NCBI GenBank assembly: GCA_015233405.1
Contig: JADFXT010000002.1
Span: 4,451 to 68,450 of the forward strand
From: Candidatus Omnitrophota bacterium
Lineage (GTDB): Bacteria; Omnitrophota; Gorgyraeia; Zapsychrales; Zapsychraceae
Reading direction: 5' to 3'
DNA length: 64,000 nucleotides
Shown: positions 45,936 through 53,122 of the stretch, in pieces
How the letters are laid out: each line of letters starts with the position of its first letter
Position numbering within the stretch: position 1 is the first letter of the stretch
Position numbers and translations under genes: made by a program
Notes under the pieces: generated by a model
Databases searched by the model: none
Seen by the model: only the letters and a program-made list of their open reading frames with translations
What the model was told of the DNA's origin: nothing

Positions 45936-47804
45936 TCATGGATGAGGCCGTGAGACCTGATATAAAGAGAATATTTTATTACTATAAATATGTTTTAATA
46001 ATGCATTATCGGACGGCGGGCGAGCATAATGCATAAAAACGATATAATCGACGTTGTATTTGAAAATGGCCTTCTGAAGCGCCAGGGTATATGGTTCGGA
46101 AGGAAAGACTTTGAAGGTTTCAATGTCTTTGATTCGTCTTTCCCACTCTAAAGCGGCGTTATAGTCAAATCCGACAATCCCGCAATCGCGAAAACAGGCA
46201 ATGATTTTCCGTTCAGAAAAAATGCGGAAGCCGCCCATTTCCATATTATAAGGCACGAGGAGCATAGCGTCTTTGGGTGTGTTTTGCTGGACGTATCGTT
46301 GCATCTCTTCCCACTGGTCCTGAAGTTCCCAAAATCCTGACTGCCTGTTTTGAGGCTGATCAAAGGTGTAGTGATAATAGGAAAATTGGAAGGAAAACAT
46401 GACCAAGGGAATAACATAAAAGAATTTTCTTAGAGAACCAAAAGACGTGTTTTTTCTCGCCCAGGTTTCGTAACAGTAAATCAACGTCAGTAATACGAGA
46501 ATGACTCCTAGGTTAATTCTTGCAAATGACCGTAAAGGCAATGTGCTCTGGAGATAGATGATCAGGATAATACCCGCAAGAAAAGTGACGGCGGTCAACG
46601 CAAGCAGCGTATGCTGAAGCGGCGTCTTATTTTCCCGACGTGAAATTGTCACAAACGTAAATGTCAGTAATATTAAAATTATAGCGATGGGCTCGATCGG
46701 ATGCCCATATTTTAAAAGAGTTAGAAAAATAGCCAGGATAAATCCGATCCATAACGGTCCGTTTTCAATCGTTTCCATTAAAAGGATTAGTAAATATCCC
46801 ATGAGGAAGAATGACAGAAATTGAATGTTCCGGATGAGATTGAGGTCCAGGGCGAATTTATTGGGAGCGACGTAGGAAAACAAGAAACAAAAGAACAATA
46901 AAATTGAGGCGGAGAAACATAGTGCTTGTGTTTTTTTATCCTTGATAAAACGAGGATTGAAAAAAATGTTCGTGAGAAATATTACGGCGAGCACGGCATA
47001 GGGAATGGCTTCTTTGAGATTCATGGTTAACGGAGCGCCGGGCGTTAAAAGAAAGTTCTGTGGGCAGGCGATCTTATAAAGAGTTAGCCAGTCGGAAGCC
47101 CCGGGAATAGGGATGATCGGCGGTTTATTAAAACGGGTGCTGATCGTCCAGATCAGAAAAGGTAAGCTGAAAATCGCATAGAAGAAAACGGATTGGACCA
47201 GCGTCTTTACGCCGTGTTTTTTGTTTTGCCATAACAGGTAGCTTCCTATAAAGACCATCGGAAACAGGCTGTAAAGGGCATGGAAGTTGGCGGCGATTCC
47301 TAAAATGACTGCTGCCAGGACAAAGCGTTCTTTGTAGAAAAAATAAATTCCGGCAAAGACAAAGGCCAGAGTAAACTCCTCGTGGGACATGGTCCGGTAC
47401 AGAAATTCATCCACGCGCACCATGACGATAAAGGCGATGATATACCAGAAGGCCCGCGATCCATTTTCGGCTAAAAGCCGCCAGAGTTTAAACATCCAGA
47501 AAAACATGAAGTATCTAGAAAGAAGAAATAAAATAAAATAAACGGTTGGGATCTGCTTAACGGTGATCAATCGTGCCAGGATAGGAAAGAAAAACGAGGT
47601 GAAATTTTTCTTGAGGCTCTCGACGTAATAATCCCCCTGATAGAGCGAGTGGTCGATGAGGCTTTTGAGCATCGGGAGTTCCAGATGCTGGTCGTCCCAG
47701 CCGTAGTGATAACCGTTCGAGGCCAGGAAGATCAAGAGAATGATGAGCGCGATAAACCAATCGGATCGTAGGAATTTGGGAAGATGCGTTCTAAGAGAAT
47801 CCAT
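45936..47804 (-). CDS. Large polytopic membrane protein, possible GT-C-type glycosyltransferase
   Basis: 622 aa. Many TM helices; acidic first-loop motif YGWDDQH; soluble C-terminal domain. No SD in front of the ATG. Confidence 0.45.
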   Translation of the reverse strand: MDSLRTHLPKFLRSDWFIALIILLIFLASNGYHYGWDDQHLELPMLKSLIDHSLYQGDYYVESLKKNFTSFFFPILARLITVKQIPTVYFILFLLSRYFMFFWMFKLWRLLAENGSRAFWYIIAFIVMVRVDEFLYRTMSHEEFTLAFVFAGIYFFYKERFVLAAVILGIAANFHALYSLFPMVFIGSYLLWQNKKHGVKTLVQSVFFYAIFSLPFLIWTISTRFNKPPIIPIPGASDWLTLYKIACPQNFLLTPGAPLTMNLKEAIPYAVLAVIFLTNIFFNPRFIKDKKTQALCFSASILLFFCFLFSYVAPNKFALDLNLIRNIQFLSFFLMGYLLILLMETIENGPLWIGFILAIFLTLLKYGHPIEPIAIILILLTFTFVTISRRENKTPLQHTLLALTAVTFLAGIILIIYLQSTLPLRSFARINLGVILVLLTLIYCYETWARKNTSFGSLRKFFYVIPLVMFSFQFSYYHYTFDQPQNRQSGFWELQDQWEEMQRYVQQNTPKDAMLLVPYNMEMGGFRIFSERKIIACFRDCGIVGFDYNAALEWERRIKDIETFKVFPSEPYTLALQKAIFKYNVDYIVFMHYARPPSDNALLKHIYSNKIFSLYQVSRPHP

Positions 47805-47842
47805 AATTTTTTTAAAATTGGCTGATGGAAAGAAGTTTGTTT

Positions 47843-47998
47843 ACCCCGTCAGTTGGCGGGATTCGGCTCGAGCTTTATCCTGTCCGTTGACTGGATTCCG
47901 TCCGATTCCGCTTTTGGCGGAATTCATCGGACTTCATCCTGTCCGTTGACTGGATTCCGCTCGATTCCGTCTTTGGACGGAACCAATCGAGCTTCATC
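47843..47998 (-). repeat. 59-bp tandem repeat (2 full units plus 1 collapsed unit) with bulged hairpins
   Basis: The 24-nt core ATCCTGTCCGTTGACTGGATTCCG occurs at 47877-47900 and 47936-47959, with a degenerate copy at 47843-47866. Hairpins lie at 47900-47932 and 47960-47991. The array abuts the GT2 stop codon. Confidence 0.8.
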
Positions 47999-48698
47999 GC
48001 CAGTAGAAAATTTCACGGAAAACTTCGTACATATAGGCAGCGCCCCAGCGTAAGACTTGAAGTTTCCTCTCCCCTCCATCTCTGGCGGGTTCATCGCCGG
48101 GAATTTCAGCGATCTTGAGTTTCCGTTTTGCGGCGCGGATAGATAACAGAGGCTCCCAGCTAATGTTCGTCTTAAAGAGCTTTTCTTCGGTCTCATAACT
48201 GGAGTCTTGGTCCAGATTTAATTCATAAATAAGATTTTTGCGGTAAGCGCGGTAAATGACCATGGCGTCGGTATAATTCCCGCCGTGAAACCAATTGATA
48301 AAAGAGGTGAACATTTTATTCCCAAAAGAGGTGACGGCATCATCGTCGTAGCTTTTGGCTCCCTGGGCATATCGGGAGACTATGACCATATCATAGCCTT
48401 CCTTCATTTTTGCGATACACGGCGGAATCAGTTCTGGAATGGAATTGCCGTCCGGGCTAAAGGTCAAAACCACATCTCCACGCACCAAAGGCCAGGCTTC
48501 CATATAGGCGTGGCGCATTCCCTTTTTTTTCTGAATGACATATTCACAGCCATGCTCTTTGAAGTAATCCAAAGTTCCGTCGGTGGATTGACCGTCCACA
48601 TAAAGGATCTGGTCCACCCATTCGGGCTGGACGCGGGGCATAATGCTTTTGAGCCCGTCGATTTCATTTAAAGTGGGAATCAGTAAGGTGATTTTCAT
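47994..48698 (-). CDS. GT2 family glycosyltransferase (DPM1-like, soluble)
   Basis: 234 aa. IPTLNE...VDGQSTDGT...SPDGN GT-A motifs. ATG is 21 nt after the tRNA-Gly 3' end. Confidence 0.85.
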   Translation of the reverse strand: MKITLLIPTLNEIDGLKSIMPRVQPEWVDQILYVDGQSTDGTLDYFKEHGCEYVIQKKKGMRHAYMEAWPLVRGDVVLTFSPDGNSIPELIPPCIAKMKEGYDMVIVSRYAQGAKSYDDDAVTSFGNKMFTSFINWFHGGNYTDAMVIYRAYRKNLIYELNLDQDSSYETEEKLFKTNISWEPLLSIRAAKRKLKIAEIPGDEPARDGGERKLQVLRWGAAYMYEVFREIFYWR

Positions 48699-48719
48699 AA
48701 AATCTTTCGTGAAAATTAA

Positions 48720-48793
48720 TGGAGCGGGCGATGAGAATCGAACTCACGTATCCAGCTTGGAAGGCTAGTGTTCTACCACTGAACTACGCCCGC
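48720..48793 (-). tRNA. tRNA-Gly (UCC)
   Basis: Hand-folded: GCGGGCG acceptor, GTTC/GAAC D-stem, anticodon loop CUUCCAA, TTCGATT T-loop, CCA encoded. 74 nt. Confidence 0.95.
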
Positions 48794-48904
48794 AAATAAC
48801 CACAGAATCTTTTCAATGGTTTTGCCTGATGCTCAACCATTCCCTCGGACATTTCGTCCTCGGTCAAACTTGCCAGTCCCGCCGGTGTTAGGCGGGGCGC
48901 CCGC
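48794..48904 (-). repeat. tRNA-leader module copy A (heptamer GCGGGCG + GC-rich structured core + leader)
   Basis: Homologous to 49546-49659. Hairpins at 48878-48896 and 48815-48841. The distal heptamer at 48898-48904 is identical to the tRNA-Gly 5' end. Confidence 0.6.
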
Positions 48905-48908
48905 AAAA

Positions 48909-48945
48909 AAGTTATAAGCAATAGGTGATAAGTTATAAGAAAAAA
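48909..48945 (-). repeat. Left inverted repeat of the four-helix-bundle cassette
   Basis: AAGTTATAAGCAATAGGTGATAAGTTATAAGAAAAA pairs with 49334-49362: 25/29 matching positions including G:U, plus a 7-nt bulge. Confidence 0.7.
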
Positions 48946-49296
48946 TTAAGACCGTAATGATCGAATCAAACCGGTGAGTAATTTGCCGATTTCTTCTGAC
49001 TGAAATTTTAACTCCAAATATTTTTCTTCACGATAATAATGCAGGTCTTTTGCGAGAATAAGATAATATTTGGTTTCTTCCAAAGAGCCTTGTGCTATAT
49101 CGAGAAAGCGCGCAAAATCTTTTCTTGTTTTTTTATGCCCTTCGGCAATATTTACACAAATGGAAAACGTTGAACGTCTGATTTGGCTAATAATCCCGAC
49201 GGATTCTTCTTTCGGGAAATCTTTTGTTATTCTGTAGATTTCTATAACAAAGATGTGTGCTTTTTGCCAAACAATAAGATTCTCAAAACTGTTCAT
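48946..49296 (-). CDS. Four-helix-bundle protein (23S rRNA intervening-sequence protein / Avd-like family)
   Basis: 116 aa. Family hallmarks: LIVWQKAH...IYRITKDFPKEE...ISQIRRS..SI..NIAEG, QGSL.E and a helical C-terminus. Strong SD GGAGGGG. Confidence 0.85.
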   Translation of the reverse strand: MNSFENLIVWQKAHIFVIEIYRITKDFPKEESVGIISQIRRSTFSICVNIAEGHKKTRKDFARFLDIAQGSLEETKYYLILAKDLHYYREEKYLELKFQSEEIGKLLTGLIRSLRS

Positions 49297-49299
49297 AAA

Positions 49300-49334
49300 A
49301 TCACCCCTCCTTTTTATGATTTTAGGGGGATGAT
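49300..49334 (-). promoter_or_regulatory. Hairpin pairing the SD of the four-helix-bundle gene with an upstream CCCCC tract
   Basis: mRNA ATCA-U-CCCC ... GGGG-UGAU; 8 Watson-Crick pairs around a 13-nt AU loop. Confidence 0.35.
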
Positions 49335-49362
49335 TTTTCTTACTACTTATTACTTATAACTT
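49334..49362 (-). repeat. Right inverted repeat of the four-helix-bundle cassette
   Basis: Reverse complement AAGTTATAAGTAATAAGTAGTAAGAAAAA matches 48909-48945. Confidence 0.7.
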
Positions 49363-49372
49363 AGAACTAAAA

Positions 49373-49455
49373 TGGGCAGTGCAGGATTCGAACCTACGTA
49401 GCGCAAGCGCAGCAGATTTACAGTCTGCCCTCGTTGACCACTTGAGTAACTGCCC
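49373..49455 (-). tRNA. tRNA-Tyr (GUA)
   Basis: Hand-folded class II tRNA: GGGCAGT acceptor, 3-bp D-stem, anticodon loop CUGUAAA, long variable arm, TTCGAAT T-loop. 83 nt, no CCA. Confidence 0.95.
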
Positions 49456-49472
49456 AATGACAACTATATTTA

Positions 49473-49545
<73 letters not shown>

Positions 49546-49659
49546 AATTTTCCACTAAAATGTTTTCAAAGATGGTTTCGCAGATGCTCAACCACTCCCT
49601 CGGACATTACGTCTTCGGTCAGAATTGCCAGTCCCGACGACTTTTGTCGGGGCGCCAGC
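49546..49659 (-). repeat. tRNA-leader module copy B (heptamer GCTGGCG + GC-rich structured core + leader)
   Basis: Homologous to 48794-48904. Hairpins at 49633-49651 and 49572-49595. The distal heptamer at 49653-49659 is identical to the tRNA-Thr 5' end. Confidence 0.6.
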
Positions 49660-49701
49660 GTTTTCCACTAAAAAATTTTCAAGATATGAAAATGGAAATC
49701 C

Positions 49702-49730
49702 TTTATATCAGATTTTTCACAGGCTGTAAA
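49702..49730 (-). promoter_or_regulatory. Candidate promoter of the tRNA operon
   Basis: Minus strand TTTACA, 17-nt spacer, TATAAA, located just after the SGNH gene stop and about 40 nt before module B. Confidence 0.5.
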
Positions 49731-49746
49731 GGAAGTTTTCGTCCGA

Positions 49747-51111
49747 TTATTCAAAAGATTTCAGGATCACATTGGCCACATTATTAGCGATGATGCGGTA
49801 TCCTTTAGGCGTACAATGGCCGAAATTCCCGCCAGCGCGGTCTTTGAAATATTCTGAATAGCTCCCTCGTTTTAATGCTTCGCGAAATGAGGAATTATTA
49901 TCAACATAATGGGCTTCAGAAGCCCCATCAATATCTTCCAGAAGGTTCTTTAATAAAGATAATGACCGCATCGGATATTGGACAACAACCGCCGTAATAT
50001 CTTTTTGTTTTAAAATAGAGAAGAATTTTGTAAAACTTATATGGGTAATGGGATTTTTCCCGAGCCCGCGCAACTCTTCCGCTTTTGCCCAATGTTTTTC
50101 AGCTTCAGCTTTTTGTCCCGTCTCCGCTAAGCATCCGCCCAGAATATCATGCAGCCCGCGGGTATTAGGATGTGTTTTGATCAGATCATTTAATGCCTCA
50201 ACGATTTCTTGGTCTTTAGGATTGTCGCGGCACATTCTCCAGGTTTGTTCTGCGACCCAGGGATCTTCAGGATTTTTTTCTAATTTATGCCGCATGACTT
50301 TTACATATTCCGTGTAATTTTTGGACTCGCAAGCAGTATCTCCCCACTTTTGAAAGGTCCATTCGGTTAAAACAGGGTCGAGGTTTGCTTCGGTTAATTT
50401 CTGAAAAAGAAACGAAGCCGCTTCATAATGTTTTTTGCCTTCATGAAAAAGAGCAACCAAATATACCCTTGTCAGGTCCGGCGGCAGTTTCTTGAGCTTT
50501 TCTTCAATAATATCCGGGAGCGATTTGATTTGTCCAAAGGATTGCGTTGCCTGAATCTGCCGCGCAGTATTGCTAGGAAAATCTTTTTCCAAAGTCTGTT
50601 TTTGCGGGAAGGCGTCTTTGACGAGCGTTTTGGCTACTTTATACACGCGCACGTTATCTAATAACCCGAGGAATTTTTGCGGCCATGTTTTCTTGTCGAA
50701 CGGAACGCTGTCCACATAATCATTAATGCCCATCATCGCGACGACAATGTGCGGATGATATTCTTCGATCCAACTATTTAACCGTTGGACAGCGACATCA
50801 GAGCCTTCGCCGGGGATCGCTTTATTGATTATTTTAAAATGATGTTTTTGGGACCTTGCATTTAAAATGGTTTCAAGCTGGGTCGGATAGGAAAAGTTCT
50901 CTCCGTCATACGACATGGATTCCCCAATGCATAAGATGCGGAATGTGTTTTCTTGGTTTAACTTGTAGCGATTCTGATAATCTTGAAGAATGATGGATAA
51001 TCCGCCGTCGATATAAAAGAAAAGTTCCAGGAATGCGAGAAAAAGAATGACCCGCAATAAGGCCCTTAAAGAATTTCTTTCTTGTTGTTTAGTGTTTTTG
51101 TCCATAGCCAA
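49747..51111 (-). CDS. Membrane-anchored SGNH/GDSL-family hydrolase/acyltransferase with TPR-like middle region
   Basis: 454 aa. N-terminal TM; block I CIGESMS, block III MMGINDY, block V GNFGHCTPKGY. Adjacent to the MBOAT gene with no gap. Confidence 0.75.
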   Translation of the reverse strand: MAMDKNTKQQERNSLRALLRVILFLAFLELFFYIDGGLSIILQDYQNRYKLNQENTFRILCIGESMSYDGENFSYPTQLETILNARSQKHHFKIINKAIPGEGSDVAVQRLNSWIEEYHPHIVVAMMGINDYVDSVPFDKKTWPQKFLGLLDNVRVYKVAKTLVKDAFPQKQTLEKDFPSNTARQIQATQSFGQIKSLPDIIEEKLKKLPPDLTRVYLVALFHEGKKHYEAASFLFQKLTEANLDPVLTEWTFQKWGDTACESKNYTEYVKVMRHKLEKNPEDPWVAEQTWRMCRDNPKDQEIVEALNDLIKTHPNTRGLHDILGGCLAETGQKAEAEKHWAKAEELRGLGKNPITHISFTKFFSILKQKDITAVVVQYPMRSLSLLKNLLEDIDGASEAHYVDNNSSFREALKRGSYSEYFKDRAGGNFGHCTPKGYRIIANNVANVILKSFE

Positions 51112-52548
51112 TTAGAATTGAAAATAGATAAATTCTTCCGCTTTGAGGACCCCCCACCCTAAGATCAAATAAGTCATAAGCGCATAGAGGAACGTTTTGA
51201 CGAACCAATGTTGATGGAAAAGAACAGACAAGTCTTTCTTATAATACTGCCATAACTGTATGCCCAAAAGCGGCAGCATGATGCCGACAAAATGTAAGAA
51301 CATTTCTTGAGCTTCATTGTTAAAATGAAAATGGAAACAAAGTCCTTTGAGCATCGCGATGACTTGCGTTAAAGATCCTGCTCGGAACAATAACCAGCCG
51401 AATACGACCAAATGAAAGAAAAACAGTGTTTTTAGGAAAGTCAGCCAAGGCTGTTCATTTTTCTGCGCGGGTTCAGGTTCTGATGCATTTCGAGATGTGA
51501 TGATGCGGTGCGAGATCAAAAGAATCGCATGATAAACTCCCCATAAAACAAAGGTCCACGATGCGCCATGCCATAAACCTCCTAAGAACATTGTGATAAA
51601 AAGATTGCGATAGGTCAGAAGCGTGGATTGCCGGCTTCCGCCTAGCGGAATGTAGAGATAATCCCTTAACCAGCTCGACAAGCTGATGTGCCACCGTCGC
51701 CAAAAATCCACAGGATTCGTCACAAAATACGGCCATTTAAAATTGATGGTGATTTCAAATCCCATGCATTTGCCCAATCCCCTGGCGATGTTGGAATAGG
51801 CGTCAAAATCACAGAAGATCTGAAAGGCAAAGGCGTATAGCGCAATTAATACGCTTGCCCCATCATAAGGCGGTGCTGCGGTAAAAACCGGATTTACGAT
51901 CTTGGCAAGGTTGTCCGCGATAAAAAGCTTCTCGAAGTATCCCCAAAAAACCAGAGAACATCCTTCATAAAATTGTTCTAGCGAAAGCACTCGAGGCGCG
52001 ATGATTTGAGGCAGAAAGTCTTTCGCCCGCATGATCGGCCCGGCGACAAGATGGGGAAAATAAATAACAAAGATGACATAGTCCCAATACCGTTGAGCGG
52101 GTTTGATAATTCGGCGATAAACGTCAAAAGTATAGCTGATGGCCTCAAAGGTATAAAACGAGATCCCGACGGGCAAAATAATGTTTAATGTCCACTTTGA
52201 TAAAGCGGCGTGGCTCGTGGGAAAAATGGTCGCAAGGAGTGCGGAAAGATTGCTGGAGAAAAAATTAAAATATTTAAAAAATCCAAGGATCGTTAAATTG
52301 ACGCCGATGCTTAAGGCCAACAGGAGCCTCCGCCTTTTTTCGTCGTTGGTCTGGTCCATATATTTCGCGCAAAAATAATCTGTCGTGATGGACACAAACA
52401 TCAAGGCGAGAAATTTCCAGTTCCAGGCGGCGTAAAACAAGCAGCTGGCGACGATCAAAAGGCGATTCTGCCAACGAAAGGGTGAAATAAGATATAAACC
52501 GTAAACGGCGATAAAAAAGAAAAAGAATTCTAATGAATTAAAAAGCAT
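51112..52548 (-). CDS. MBOAT family O-acyltransferase (AlgI/DltB/PatA-like)
   Basis: 478 aa. Polytopic; FWRRWHISLSSWLRDYLYIPLGG with the catalytic His. Confidence 0.9.
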   Translation of the reverse strand: MLFNSLEFFFFFIAVYGLYLISPFRWQNRLLIVASCLFYAAWNWKFLALMFVSITTDYFCAKYMDQTNDEKRRRLLLALSIGVNLTILGFFKYFNFFSSNLSALLATIFPTSHAALSKWTLNIILPVGISFYTFEAISYTFDVYRRIIKPAQRYWDYVIFVIYFPHLVAGPIMRAKDFLPQIIAPRVLSLEQFYEGCSLVFWGYFEKLFIADNLAKIVNPVFTAAPPYDGASVLIALYAFAFQIFCDFDAYSNIARGLGKCMGFEITINFKWPYFVTNPVDFWRRWHISLSSWLRDYLYIPLGGSRQSTLLTYRNLFITMFLGGLWHGASWTFVLWGVYHAILLISHRIITSRNASEPEPAQKNEQPWLTFLKTLFFFHLVVFGWLLFRAGSLTQVIAMLKGLCFHFHFNNEAQEMFLHFVGIMLPLLGIQLWQYYKKDLSVLFHQHWFVKTFLYALMTYLILGWGVLKAEEFIYFQF

Positions 52549-52612
52549 AAATACTAATTGAAAAGTTTAGTTTAGAAAGAAATGTTGTTAATATGTCTGC
52601 TTGGGGTGATTT

Positions 52613-52990
52613 TTAATGATTGAAGATCTCATTGATCTTGTCTAACAATTCTTGGGCGGTGAACGGTTTACCTAAAGTCGGATAGTGGATCCCTCCCACC
52701 GTTATGCTGGAACTTGGCCCCTCATCTTTTGCGATAATGCCTGACAGAAAAAGGATGGGGATGTTCTTTGTTACAGGGTCATCCTGAAGAATCCGGACGG
52801 CTTCCGGTCCGTCAATGTCTGGGATCATGATATCCATCAAAACAAGGTCTGGCAGATATTTTTGTGTTTTCTCGACGGCTTCTCTACCGGAAGCCATTTT
52901 GATTACTTGATATCCTAATAGGGATAATTTTTTATCCAGGATATCTAAGATTTCCTTCTCATCATCAACGATCAATATTCTTTTGGACAT
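52613..52990 (-). CDS. Single-domain (CheY-like) response regulator
   Basis: 125 aa. REC domain: ILIVDDE, DLVLMDIMIP, ILFLSG, K in GKPF. Confidence 0.85.
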   Translation of the reverse strand: MSKRILIVDDEKEILDILDKKLSLLGYQVIKMASGREAVEKTQKYLPDLVLMDIMIPDIDGPEAVRILQDDPVTKNIPILFLSGIIAKDEGPSSSITVGGIHYPTLGKPFTAQELLDKINEIFNH

Positions 52991-53122
52991 GCATTGCCCT
53001 TTCTCAAATTTTTAACACATAAGAAACAGCGAAAACTTTTGATTTATTATAACAATCGGATAATTTTTTGTATATAATAATAGGCGAAATTTTTAGAAAG
53101 TCAGAATGCGTTCAAAATTTCT

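Noticed and set aside
47843-47998. Repeat-spacer periodicity (24-nt repeat, 35-36-nt spacer) that looks superficially like a mini CRISPR array.
   Set aside because: The spacers are homologous hairpins of each other, so this is tandem duplication with covariation. There are only 2-3 units and no cas genes in the window.
48946-49296. Four-helix-bundle protein as the Avd component of a diversity-generating retroelement.
   Set aside because: The window has no reverse transcriptase gene and no template/variable repeat pair. The flanking inverted repeats fit an IVS-type cassette better.
53068-53083. Possible LexA/SOS box (TTGTATATAATAATAG) upstream of recN.
   Set aside because: It has two mismatches to CTGT-N8-ACAG at the critical ends and is indistinguishable from AT-rich promoter sequence (it contains TATAAT). 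The LexA motif of this lineage is unknown.
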